DNA of 51,867 bases, counting the filler, from Catajapyx aquilonaris (lineage: Eukaryota), in the NCBI GenBank assembly GCA_000934665.2. It is 3 parts of 3 records of this genome, joined end to end, with 100 filler letters (N's around TTAATTAATTAA, not from the genome) between each part and the next. Parts side by side here need not be neighbours in the genome. Positions count along the whole stretch, not along the records: positions 34,660 to 51,867 come from JYFJ02007003.1; 2 more parts are not named here. The stretch is one strand, 5' to 3'. The notes beneath the pieces were generated by a model that was not told the DNA's origin, searched no databases, and was given only the letters and a program-made list of their open reading frames with translations. The position numbers were made by a program, and so were the translations under genes. Shown here piece by piece: positions 36,306 through 49,150 of the stretch (the first letter of the stretch is position 1; each line of letters starts with the position of its first letter).

Positions 36306-37335
36306 TTCACAACACGTGACGGTTTTCCAGTGGAATTCAGTCTGCAGCGACCAAATCGATTTTAAAACTGGAGTCATTCTACCAACTTGATAGACTCTGT
36401 CAACCGGAACCGTGCATGGGCCATAGACTTGGCCAATTCACACACACTCTCTGGAGACAGGTTCATTAAGTACTGTAATCGCAGTTGCCTGGTAGTAGTG
36501 CAGCGTCTGTAATCAAGTTGCGCCACTAATTAGCACTTATGGGTGGGGTGAGGAGGAGCAGCTCCCCCTTCCGCATACTCGCAATTACTTGCAATCTGCA
36601 CTAATTAGAACAAGTAGCTTGCTCTCTACAAGTGCAATTGCACGGCACTCGTGGGACGGCAGGAAAAAAAAAAGAAGTAGAGCCCGCGGTTTTATGTACA
36701 AGTATAATGCGTGCTTTGCATGCATTACCTGCAATTGAGATTTATCTCATTTTACTGCGTCGTTTCCTAATATTATTACTGAATGAGCATGTATTGATGC
36801 TGCCTAATATTAGAGATAGTTGTCGCAAATTCTTTTGATGAAAGTGGCACTGCCCATCAACAACAACTGATGCGATTATCTCTCGCCAATAGTTTGCACC
36901 AATCGCATACCGCTACGTACTAATTATATATAATAGCCAGAAGCTCTAATTGCAATCCGGACGCGTCTTGCCAGTTTGGATCAGTGTCCCTCTGCCTCTG
37001 AACTGGGCGCCAATCAAAAACGGATCCGGCTTTTGTTCCACTTTGATGAACATGCTATAATGGCCCTCCCAGCTTGATTGGACTGCAATAATCCGATTCA
37101 GGAATGGATCGAGTACTACAATCCCCCCTTTTTGCGCAACGGTCATTGCAGGCATTGTTTTAATCAGCCTTGAGTCCAGAGAGAAAAACCCCATCAACGT
37201 AATCCCGAAAATGTATGACACTCCTTCGCACACAAAAAATCCGGCACGACTCAAAAATTTTTAATACGGCTATAATATTATATCCACCTCGCTTTTTCAG
37301 ATTGTGGTTGATGATATTGTTGCAAAAATGATGCT

Positions 37336-38916
37336 TCAGAACCTCCTCCTTCGAGGCGGCTTGGCGCACTTCCTGGGCTCGTCCTTGTACCTGACCCTAA
37401 TGTCCGTGATGCTGTTCCCAGGGTTCTTCAACTCTCGCATCTTGGCCTCGTGCTTGGTCACCAGATGCTGGTCGGCATCGGCCACTTTGTAGTCCTTGTA
37501 GTCTTCGGCCAGGTCCAGCATGGTCCCGTCCAGGTTGGTGGTGCTCATCGGGTACCGACGTGTAGTCTCAATCCTCTTGGCGATGCTGTTCTCCTTAATC
37601 ATGATGTCTATGGTCCTTAGGGTGTCCTCCTCCACGTCTCTCTCCTTCAGCTCGTCCATCTTGGGCGTCAGGTCGTACTTGCCCGGGTTATCCGCGTCCT
37701 TTTTGACCGACATGACCGGAGTCCGGTTGAACAGGCTCCAGCGGTCGTCGTACCTTATCGTCACCGGAGTTGCATCCGTGGTCATCTTCTCTCTGCAGCT
37801 GTACTCCTCTTCTTTCTGTAGGTCATACTTGGACTCTGGCACTTGTGGTCCGATCTTGACATGCAAATCTTCCATGCTGGGCTTCAGCAGACGCGATCTT
37901 CTCGGAAAGGACTTGGCGTACATCTCGATCTTCTCCTTCATGTTGTCCTTCTCTCGCAACAGCCTTGGGTTGTACTCCATGTGAGAGGGACCGATATCCC
38001 AGCTCTTTACGTCGATCCGTCGGTTGAAGGGGCTCGGATCGTCCTTGTCTGCTTTGGTCTTGTTCGCAACTGGCGAGGTCGGAGGGGTCGAAGGGCACTG
38101 TCCTTTCTCTCCGCCTCGACCCCTCATCATGGAGTAGGTCCAGCCTGGCTGGGCAGCGAATCTCATCAGCTCCATGCCGTGCCACAGGCGATGAATGTCC
38201 TTCAGGGTGTCCACCACCCTCCTGGCCACTATCCTGGGACGCTCGTTTTCAAAGAGAGCTATCCTGTAGTCCAACTCTTGAGCCACTGGAACGATAACAA
38301 GTTCCACTCCACCGACCTTTAAAAATTTAAATTAAAAAAAAAACTCACGGTCGTCTACAGGTCCGCTGATGTACCCCAGTTCCTTGTCCCTGTTGATAGT
38401 TTGGCGATGCAGCAGAAGAACCTTGTACAATTCCTTCTTAGCGTGAGCGACAAACTCGGCCAGAAGGCGTCGCTCAGATTCCATTAACTCTAAAAACAAT
38501 CAAGTTGTCATTAGGTCCGACTAATAAGTCGTGCGACAATAGCTTACCAATGTCGTATTGGTTTTCTTGCAGTCTTTCAGTCTGGTAGCCAACCATGTCG
38601 TCCACTCCTTTGAAACCGATTTTAGGTTGGACAGAAGCTGATTTTGGAGGCTCTGATGGTGGTCTCGCAGATGTGGAAGCCCAAGTCACGGACTTTGTCT
38701 TCTTTTGCGCTTTCGTAGTGCAAATTAAATTGAAATAATAACAATAATGCAACTTTTCCCCCCTCCAAATAATGTCTCACCTGTATAAATAGGCACGGCG
38801 ACCTTGGTGATAACGTCGTCCAACATGGTGGCCACTTTATCCGTCCTCTCCAGTTTTTTCGACGTCTTTAGGGCGCCTCGTGGCCACTTGCATGCCCCCC
38901 TCATGTTTCTTTCCAT
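37336..38916 (-). CDS. Orphan hydrophilic protein, ~462 aa, 4 exons
   Basis: Exons 38916-38781, 38709-38548, 38489-38349, 38285-37336, with three phase-1 introns of 71, 58 and 63 nt (1389 nt in frame). The last exon is long, GC-rich and open. No domain recognised. The 5' end is uncertain because an acceptor at 38922 suggests an upstream exon. Confidence 0.7.
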
Positions 38917-40629
38917 CTTCTCTGGTAAAAAAGAACAAGAATGCGTGCGAGGAGGTCCAAAGAACTTGAACAGAACAGGTGAACTTGCAGGGAAGTTGGG
39001 GCTCGACACGTTCCGTTCTAGATTGTAAACAAATCAGGCCGGATGGTCGCCACAGAAGTGTGCTCAACAATTATTTTCAGTTTATAAACAACCTGATTAA
39101 ACCTGATTGTTACATTCCTCGCACGTCAACAATCTAGAACTGGGTCGCAATATTGTTTCAATTTTTTTTTGCAACTCCTCCCGGGCCTATCAATTGCAAA
39201 AAATTTTTCCGCCTTCTTGCCCTTTCTTCGATCAGTCACGCAATTCCTGCCAGGCACTTGGCACCACTTTCATTAGAAACTCATTAGCTTTTCTTTAGCA
39301 CCGCCGCCTTTTTTTTCACTCCATTCATTTAGTAATGGAAGCCTTTTCCCAGCCAATTTAGGCCAAGCGTTTCGAATTGAAACGTAGCTGCATTTTCACT
39401 ATAGCAAATTCTCCCAACCTGCCAACAAAAATTTTGATATTATTTCAAAATCGAGTGTAAATTAATTCGGAGAGGTTCATAAATACTCCGACATCATCCT
39501 TTAGGAATCCAATAATAAATATTTTTAGAGACTAAATCAGGTTTTTGCACCCAGAGTTTGCTGTCGTCCATTTGGCTTTTTATGTGTGTGGAAAGGGTTG
39601 GAAGAATGCATCGAGAGAGAGGGGCTTAAACGCTGGGAAATGGATTTCGTTTTTTTGTGTGAATAGAATCCACCTCCGAATGGAGTCAGCAGTGGTCGCT
39701 TTTCCTCCGCACAAAATCCCCTGCTACCCACAAAATGCATTACACTCAACAAAGGAAAGGACTGAGTGCCTTACGGATCCGAGGGAGATATATTTACCTT
39801 TGTTGCCGCGCATAAAATTATTCACTCTAGTTGCTGCACCGAACATTGGAACTCTCAAATCGCGAGTGATTTAATTCTCTTTGGCTTTAAAATTAACCTA
39901 CCAATCCATGTTACATTGTGTCTACAGAGCAAGTGGCGTATTAATATTCCAAGCAAAAGCCGTCCGTTTGCAGGGAGAAATTGACGATCGCTGTAATGTT
40001 GGCTGTGGTTTCCGGCTGAGCGGCACTTGACATTTGCGGGAGGTTTGGAGTGGTTTTGAAGGGTCGAAGGAGTGGCCTCTTCATCCCCGAAGTGGTCACC
40101 GGTCGGAGAGACAAGGCCGCAAGTATGGGATGGCCTCATTGCGATTGGGCTCCTTTTACTGTATATGGCAAGTGCCTAGGGACCAATCATGGTCCCTCGG
40201 ATCTCTCTCCTCAAAAAGAGACAGCCGAGGCTTCCTTTGCATACAAAACGAGGCTTAGACTTAATTCTCGCCTTTTCTCTCCCCCTAAACCAGTGGCGTA
40301 AAACCCATTTTGTTGTCCTCTGCAGCCGAGAGGAAATTAAGCGTCAGGTTGGAGATTTCGCAATTACTCTTGGTAATAAACACTGTCACCCTCTGAGGTT
40401 ACAAGAGACCCTGGACTGTGACACGACTCTGGCGTCCACCCTTATAACAGTGCCTACTGAATTAATTTCAGACTCTTTCTCATCATTCTTATAGAACGGC
40501 TCAGTCCGTCCGTCTGTCCGTGGACAGGTATCTGAGAAGAAATCGCAGGGGATAGCGACAAACTGTCTTCCGATTCGGATTCAACGTAACCAAAATAGGT
40601 TTCATGGCTAATTTCTGCCGCTAGGTTCA

Positions 40630-40790
40630 ACACCGACGCCAGGGGGTGGTCCTCCTCCTGGAAATTTGGCCACTCTGTGGAAATTTGGCCACTCTGGGGA
40701 TCTTTAACGTGCACTCGCGCAATGTCACAAGCACACGAGACCGGACGGCTTTACTTCCCTCCGAAGGAAGGCTGTGCACTTCCGTGTTTC
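40630..40790 (-). mobile_element. Decayed SINE fragment with Nin/Deu-like core
   Basis: Minus strand CCTTCCTTCGGAGGGAAGTAAAGCCGTCCGGTCTCG..GTGCACGTTAAAGATCCCCAGAGTGGCCAAATTTCC resembles recalled Nin-domain and tick Ruka SINE sequence (GTGCACGTTAAAGAACCCCAGGTGGTCGAAATTTCC). A 19-bp tandem duplication lies at 40659-40696. Confidence 0.55.
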
Positions 40791-42982
40791 CTGGTCCACT
40801 CTATCCGCCAAGGTCGAGTCTACAGGAGGATGTCTTTGAGGATCCTTGGCAAGGAGACAACATTGTTGTTTCCCAACTTGAATTTCCTAGGCAATGAGGC
40901 AAAGTCTACTCGAATCACGCTCGCCAATCTTGTTTGTACTTATTGACCCTGCATTTGAATAAGGTGAAAATGAGTGGTGAACTCGTGCCAAATGCGGATA
41001 ATAAAAATGGAGCTCTCTGGGGTCCAACTTTTGCCCTCGAATTCTTTTCCAATTTCCTCCGGAGCTTCCATCTTTCATTGGAAGGAAGTTGGACCAATTA
41101 GCCATCCGTAAAAAGGAGGATGAAATAAAGAGAGGCCTTCTGGCGTAGACGTCGCCAAGCCATTTTCTTGCTCAGAAAAATGACCATTTTCCTCCACCCC
41201 GTCTGGCAAACAACCCCTTTGGCTCCATTCCTCTCCATCCACCTTCACTTAACTCTGGCTATAACAGTACATGACTTTTTGTCCCACTTTTGCGAAAATT
41301 TCTTCTTCTCAACAACTCCGCCACCGAGTTGTGCAGTAATTGCCGTCGCGTATGTGCACGTAGAAGTACTTGTTTTTTTTGCGGGCGTGAGATGGATTGG
41401 GCCAAATGGACCGAATGGGAAGCTGACCACCCATCAGCTCTGGGACTGACCGCATGTTTTACAAGTGAATATAATTTTGCAAATGCGTGTGTGGGGCCCC
41501 CCCGTCCCTTGAAATCCGTCAGGGACTAACGACCCAGGCAGACTGCGGCCAACCGACCGATTAAATGCGGCAATGTCCCAAATGAAAACGACAAACTTGC
41601 AGCATGCTCATAATTTTTGCCCATCAACAGAATCATAACTTCGCATAAATGCCGCTAAAAACATGGTTTGATTCATGAATCTTGCAGTGTGATTACAGCA
41701 CTCTCAGCATTTTTGTTGCGACCAAAATTTAAAATTATCCCGCGCTATGTGGACAAATTTTGTGTCAACACCGAGCTGCCTATTTATATTTACTCGATGC
41801 GTAAAATCGCGCATAATTTAAGATCGTACAGGGGATATTCTCTTGTGAATTACACTGACCAAAGTTAATTACCACGGGATAGGGACTAATAAACACCCGG
41901 CTTATCACCGCCACGTAATTAATAAGGTGATTTAGCCGTGTTGTAACGTAATTTATAACCAGTCGGCGATGAACTAACTCGATTATTGGTCAGCAGGGCA
42001 CACTCTGCAGCACATGTTTAAAATTACAGGACAGATCCGTCATATCAATTATACCAATAGCTCAATAAACAGCAAAGTCGTTTTTGGGCTATTGCTAGTG
42101 TAAGATGTACAGGATGTTTCGCAATGAGTACCACCAACTTCTCAGGTGATTGATACTCCCTAGACACTTTAATATGTAAGGTGTATATACAATAGACGTC
42201 GGAAGAGTTTTCTAGATATAAGTGAGGCGGTTAGAACAAAAGTGGCACAAGTCCATTTGTGGCACTTTCGAGACACGACCGCAAATCACTCTCAGAAGGC
42301 TACTTCAAGTGTCAGTCCTATGTCGGACATTTGGCCTACATAGAGCATTTCAGGTCAATTTTCGTAGTTATAATTTTGTTTGGACTTGAGCCACTTTTGT
42401 TCTAAGAGCATCAAATGCACATCGTTCGGGTGCGGTAGATATTAACTCACATACTTTAATCAGGTCTGTAATATAGCATTATTCTTAAGAAAACCATAAT
42501 TCAATACTGTCAATCAATATGTTCCTGATCATAAATAGTCCTTTGCAACTTGATGAGACTTGGAAACAGACACTGCAGTCAGTTGGAGTCATTTCTATTG
42601 CTATTATCCTATTAACAAAAATTAATAATTATATTGGGTGGTACTGTACGCTCTAGAGGTGGTGGTGGTGGGGGGGGGGGNGGGGGGGCTTTCACGCCTT
42701 CAGCTAGAATATGGTAGCGCCATGAATTATTTCAATACTTCCCCCAACTAAAGATACCTTCACCTTGCATTCGGGTAATTATTACGAATTGATTTTAGTG
42801 CCAAGTCCTGACACCAGTGTACCAGAAATTGAATGACACTAACTGATTGCTATAGTCTGGCATATGAGGGAAGTGCTTCGGCAGGGGAGCGCTTGAAGTG
42901 CAATTTGGGATTTAAAAATTCAAGTAAGTCAGAAATGACCAAGTGAGCTTGGGCCACGTCAGCGTCAGTTCTTGAGTTAAAC

Positions 42983-45138
42983 ATGTCCGGGTTGCAAGTG
43001 CTGGTCCTTTGCTCCGTGGTCATGGCCATGTTTGGTGGCCACACCTCATCATCATCATCATCATCATCATCGGGTGTTGGGAAGAACGTGTCTGGTCTGA
43101 TGGGAGAGCAGGAGAAGAGGAAGGGTGGGGAGGAAGGAGAGTGGTGGGCAGTGTCCAGACTGGTGAGGGGCGTCCTGGACACGAGGGAGGACATGCGGGG
43201 ATGCGGCCTGGTCCTGTCCACTGACCTCGTCGGGTCATCGGGCGTCTGGGAGGGACTGTGGAGGCCTCTTCTCAAAGGTCACTCGGACAAGTACCTCCCG
43301 TCCTTCTCCCTCCGGACGACCTCCTTCCCACACTCCTTCACAGACTACCCCTGGCTCAAGGGTCAAGCTGACCTCTTGGACTTCACCACCGTCCCTCCTG
43401 ACCTCCTCGTCACCTCCGCCTGGTCATCCTCCGTCTGCACCCTCCACCTCCTCCTCCCCTCCTCCCCGACCTCCCTCCCACAACTGGTCATGTCCACCGC
43501 CTTCAAGGTCAAGGTCAGTCCACTCGACGACCCTTTCCTCATCCACTTGTCTCGGAGGTCACTAGGGTCACTTGTGGAGGAGGGAGAGGTCCGTCGAGTG
43601 ATGACCTCGCCCCATGCCAGTGCCCTCAGGCTGAAGGTGGCCAGTCGGATGGAGGAAGGCGGACAGTTGAAGGTGGAGACTGTCTGCTTCTTCTGCGCAG
43701 AGGGGGGTCAACCGAAGGTCATCGATCTCAGCCAGGTGCGCCCCAAAGAGAATTCGAGAGTAGGCAGCTTCTTCAGAAACTACGACGTGAAAAAGATGAA
43801 CAAGAAACCATTTGTGATAGGGATGTATCTGTTTCCAGCAGACATGGAGGGCGTTCGAAGGAGAAAAAGAGAACAAGGTGAGGTGTACCTCCCTTTTTTC
43901 GAAAGGACTTACATCGTGGCCGAAGAAACCCAGAACTATTTCATTTCTGAAATTTATGTGAAGGAGCCCACCAATGCAGACTTTGACAATAGATTGGGCA
44001 ACGGCACTTGGGTGGGACTGACACAGGATTTGTTGTCAAGACGTATAGTTGCAATAGGTGCATTGCCTTACACAAGTGAATCCTATCGATACACCCTCCT
44101 GACTCATCCCTTCGCTTACGGGCACTCGACATTCCTGACCAGGAGACCCGGAGGAGTGGTCAGCTGGAGGGTGATCTACAGGCCCTACGTCCTCCCCTTC
44201 TGGGTGTCCTTGGGGGTCACCCTCGCCCTCCTCCCCATCACGATGGTCAGACTCTCCCGCTGCGACCCATCTCGAGGGAGGTCAGAGGTCGAAGGGCAGC
44301 GACTGACCCTGCTGGGATCCCTCCACGTCCTGGCCAGACACCTGATAGAACAGCCCGTTCCCTTCCCCACATCCCGCCGCTTTCTCTTCCTGGCCTCGTC
44401 CTTCCTCTTCTTCTCCACCGTGGTCATCACTGGCTACAAGGCCAAGATGGTCTCCTTCCTTACCTTCCCCCCGAGGGAGTTTGTCCCGAGGAACTGGAGG
44501 GAACTGGAGGAATCGGATTGGACCATCGAGACTGATATGATCAATTTTCTTCTCTGGAAGAAATACCTCTCCTTCGTCGACGATCCTTTTTACCACTCAC
44601 TAGATGCGAAGTTGTTCATGGGGGAGAGTATCGAGAGTTGCCTGCAGAAGATGCAAACAGAGCAAATCGTCTGCGCGGGTATCAATCTACTCTTGGATCA
44701 GGAGATTTACCTCTTCGCGACACTTCTGGGCAGCCAACATTCCGTTACTCCGATGACAACATATTTCCGAGTTACACTGGGCACGGCTATCCCCGGGGAC
44801 AAACAATGGCATATCACAGTGTAACAAAATTTGATAGATTTTTAAATGAAAATGACCTTGTAACAGTGTTCTTGCGTGACCACATGTACCTGATGTTCCT
44901 CCGTTCCTTGGATGGAATCCGGGCCAGGGAGAGGGACAACCCCCAAAAGGCAGAGGAAGTGTTGACCGGGACCAAACTCTCTGCCATCTTCAACATGTGG
45001 TTGGTGGGACTGGCCGTTGGACTGGCTGCATTCGCGGTCGAAATCCTGAATCGCAACTTTGGTGGAATGAAAGCACGGAAAGGTAGGATACGAAACAAGT
45101 TTGGAATATTTGAACGTTGTAAAAGACCAGGAAAATAA
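42983..45138 (+). pseudogene. Intronless divergent ionotropic receptor (IR, variant iGluR chemoreceptor) with a single frameshift near 44710; pseudogene or assembly error
   Basis: ORF 42983-44824 has a signal peptide, S1 (DNRLGNGTWVGLTQDLLSRR), M1 (IYRPYVLPFWVSLGVTL), M2 (FLFFSTVVITGYKAKMVSFLTFP) and PRNWRELEES. The rest of S2 and the last TM (LSAIFNMWLVGLAVGLAAFAVEIL) are in the -1 frame, ORF 44638-45138. Adding one base gives ~718 aa. Confidence 0.85.
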
Positions 45139-47529
45139 TTTCTGCCGTGCTTTGATGAGGTAATGTTGCAACGTCCAGGAAGTATAAAGGCCCGTGCACA
45201 CTCCTGCGACGCGGTGCTCCCGCTCCGCTAGAGGCAACCAATCACAGCCCAGTTTGCGCAGGTACGGAGAGCGCTGAAATTTCTCGCGCCCATGTCTTAC
45301 CTATCACTGACCCCGGGAAAAGTCCCAAAACCGCACTTTTTTGAGTCTAAGTGCGGTTTTCAGCAGCCTTTGCAGTTGCCTAGCAATCTTCTCTGTCAAC
45401 AAGCCCAAAGGATGGATCTTCATTCCTAACTCGAAAATAATCGAAAATAATCAACATTGCATATCCAACAATGAAAACAATAGAACAACGGGCAGGGTGG
45501 TAAGAATAATAATTATTGCAGTACACGTAGGGTATTGTAACAATTAACGGTTGGAGTACTTCGGGGAGTGCCGAGATCAACAATACCGAACAATACTGTA
45601 CTGTACAGTACATATCGAATAGAACATGCCATAAGTCACCAGGAAAAGCAAACGAAGCGCAAGTATATACGTGTGTGTGTTTGGTCTCAGAAGTGTTGAA
45701 GTGATGCGTTCATGTTCAGATTGTTGCATAACCATGTCCAATTATCCTTCCTCTTTCAATCACTTCCGTGTACGTTGACTGACACCATGTTCAACGTATG
45801 TACCAGACACTACACACGGATTCGCTGCTATTAATTAACAACTAAATAACATATTTTGATAATCTACGTAAGACAAAGAAAAATTGTTTGCCTATGGCAA
45901 CATAATTTTGTTGGTGATTACCATAGAAACAGGACGTGCGAAGAACGCGCTCCACTGCTAGTGAACGTAATATCAGCTGATAATGTAGCAATATTATACG
46001 TATATTACTGTACTTACAATCTGATTAGGTTTTATGTCGACTTTAATTGCCCTATTAGTCAGACCTTTATTTGTTACCTCACAACTGCCTCCTACTCCAT
46101 ATTGAACAATCACTTTGACGGGAAAAGCAATAAGATGCGCAATGATTTTTTGTGGTGTTTTGCACACACTCGGGGACAACCCAAATTTTCTTTCTCACCT
46201 AAATGACCAGGGTACATTGTTGCCATCTACCCACGACAAATGCATATCATATAAATCCGGGGCTATGCACAAGAGCATGATAGCAGCATAATTATTGTGA
46301 TGTGATAGTCACTCGCAGGTTTTATGTCATTGGTATGTGTACACTGTACAAGTGTACATGGACATCTTGTAATGTATGTTTTAACTCGTGTATTTACCAG
46401 CACTACTACGATCGTGTTGGAATAAAACCAAATGTACCGTATATGAAGTGGTAATGGATGTATTATTTACCTTTCACTCCATCCATTATGTTAAACACAT
46501 TTTCCAGGAGCAATGTAAAGTGTGGATATAAAATTGCAAATTAGTTAGCAAGGTGATACGATAACCCCCCCCCCCCCAGAGGTCCCCATTTCTCCCTCAC
46601 TTTTCTCTCTCTCTCTCTCTCTCTCTCGTCCCTCTCCACCTCTTTTGATTCCCTCCCACTTGTGCAACCTCACACGCCAACAAATGGTCTCTCGCCTTTT
46701 GAAACATGACGTCCCCGCAGGCCGCCACACTCCACAACAAAAGCCCTTATATACGTACCCAGCATCATATACACAGGCCACTCTGTTCCTTGTTTAGCCT
46801 CGCCTCATTCTGGGCCTCAGCATTTCGGAGATTAAAATTTTGTAAACAAGTTTTGTTGGGTCAGGTCATGCTGCAACAAGAATAAGAGCAATAAAAACAT
46901 TCCCTCCAGGGGAAAAAATAGAAGACCTCCTTAGCGGAATGAAAGTACTGAAACAATGCATGTAAGACCTTCACCAGTTGATTTGAACTATATGCAGGAA
47001 ATCTGGAAAAATAAACACAGGGTGGAACTTACTGTCAGCTGAACATTGTGACACTCTTCAGCATATCCAACGAAACATAGCATTTGACCCACAACAATAT
47101 AACAATAATATGGTGAGGTGTTAAACAAGAGCATCGTGAAGAAATGAGGAAATGAAGGTAAAAATAAAGGAGGAAAAAATCATAACTCCAATCTTGTAGC
47201 AGGTGGGACTGTGATGGTTTTAAAATATAGATCCGCCCCGTCTTTTGGCACATTCGGCCCTTTGACGAAGAAACAGAATTCCGAATAGTTAATGAGCAAA
47301 AAAAAATCGCGTTTTTAATGGGTTTATTTTTTTGCGGAGTCCGGGAGAGGAATTCGGTAAAAATGTAAATCGTATAGGAATGCCCTTCATGACGGCGGAG
47401 AGCTGTGTTCAAAATATTTCGAAGCTCTATCTGCAGTGAACATTGAGTTAGGGAATATAAAATAACGCAACAAGAACAATAAGATGATGTTAGAAAATTG
47501 TTGAAAATTGTTGTGCGGTTGTTGTACAG

Positions 47530-47634
47530 TTGACGAGCGAATCTTCACCGAGGGTGAGTAACCCAAGTAACCAATTTTGCTTGAGGCGAAAATCGATTGT
47601 TAATTTCAGCCTCGGCGAAAATTTCGCTCGTCAA
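47530..47634. repeat. Imperfect inverted repeat, probably a decayed MITE
   Basis: TTGACGAGCGAATCTTCACCGAGG versus the reverse complement of CCTCGGCGAAAATTTCGCTCGTCAA. Confidence 0.6.
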
Positions 47635-47828
47635 ATAGCTCACATGTAAAGTCACAATATTACTAGTATTTACTGTATATAGTCTGGGCATTGTTGAGTC
47701 ACCTGACAGCAACGTAATTATTTTTTAACGTTGGGTACACTGCTGACGCTATACAATATTTTGAAGTCAGGTTCCACTGTTGCCAAGCAGCTGTTGTAGG
47801 CGTCATTGTCTCGGAACGATCTGCAAAG

Positions 47829-49150
47829 ATGGCCACGCATAAACGTAAGTGGAAAAGTCGGCTTTATTTTCAAGCACATTTTGAGTAAAAGCTGGCCTTG
47901 CATGTCCTTTGATAATAACATATTACTTCATCTTTGCAGGTCGCTCTAGTAGCATTCCCGAGCCACAGAAGTTAAAGAGGAGCACTATGGCATCGACCCT
48001 TCTTTCTCGCTCGGCCGAGGTAATTATTTTCTTCTACGTTTTCATCGGGATTTATTATTGTGGACAGCTTATTGTTTCATATCAATAATGTGAGTGTGTG
48101 AATTTACTACAAGAAGCGCATAAAGACAGTCATGACGTACGTCCTCCCCAGGCCGCCATCATACAGCACCTGGAGCGTAGGAAAAAAGGTCAGCCACCAG
48201 AGAAGGAGGAGGAGGAGGAGGAGGAGAAGCCTGCTGTCACCCAGATACCACCTAAGGACAAGCGTCTCGTCAAAGGCTCTTCGAAAACGGATCTGAGGAA
48301 GGAATCAGCAGCAAAGAAGGATGCGAGTGAATCACAGTCGAAGCAAGCTTTGTCGAAGAAAGTCAAAATCGTGGCAGAGGATCCTAAGATCAAGCGTAGC
48401 AAAAAGAAGCACGAGAGCAGGACTTCGCCGAAGAAGGTCGAGGCCGGATTGCCAGCAGCATCGCCATCAATCCTCGAACTGCCACCATCGCCGTCGATCC
48501 TAGAACTGCGAGCTGAACCTGAGAGGAATAAGATCTGGCCTCTGTTGAAGAGGAAGCGTCGTCTGGCCAGGCCAAGGACGGAGGTGCCGACTGTGATGCA
48601 GGTGATTAGAAAGAGGAGGCGATGGAGGAGAAAGATGAAGTGGAAGTCATGGAGTGCCAGGATGATTAGCTGCAACAAGGAACGTAGGACCAGGATGTGG
48701 AGGAGGAAGCGAGACGATAAGAGTGAGGTCGGTGAGAAGACGCAACAGTCGAAGCGGCCAGAGTTCAAGAAGAGGTCAGAGAAGGTCAGGGCTGCCATGA
48801 GATCCACTGTCCACTCGGGCCACCCAGAGCGCATCAACTCCCTGCCAACAAGACACTACCTTGAGCTGACAGTGGTTCCAATATTGATGAGCGCGTTGTT
48901 GTCAGTAGCCAAGGTCAGACCCCGCAAACCTTTATTGTACATCGCTGCGTATATATACAAGAACAAGCAGTTTTACACGCACGAGAACAACCCGTTTCTG
49001 GCAATGAAAGATGCTCCCAAGTTGACATCGACACCTACCGCTATTAAGCCAAAGCAGAGGACAGGACCTCCTCTGCCTGACGCTCCGCGGACTTCAAAGT
49101 CAGCTCCTGCGCCGTCATCTGCAGTTGTTCCCAAGGCAAAATCTAGATAG
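47829..49150 (+). CDS. Dpy-30-motif (dimerisation/docking domain) protein with a long charged N-terminal extension, ~364 aa
   Basis: Exons 47829-47844 (C|GTAAGT), 47940-48019 (GAG|GTAATT) and 48152-49150 (CCCCAG|GCC) give 1095 nt in frame. INSLPTRHYLELTVVPILMSALLSVAKVRPRKPLLYIAAYIYKNK parallels recalled DPY30 [51 protein letters not shown] lies at 49279-49284. Confidence 0.82.

Noticed and set aside
39855..41529. Cluster of short ORFs suggesting a gene or viral remnant
   Set aside because: No consistent frame or recognisable domain, and part of it is a SINE fragment.
44700..44720. Programmed -1 ribosomal frameshift in the IR
   Set aside because: There is no X XXY YYZ slippery site at the junction; an indel is the simpler explanation.
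46865..47123. Two possible plus-strand exons with compatible splice sites
   Set aside because: The peptide has no recognisable similarity and no start was identified. They could be UTR exons or chance.
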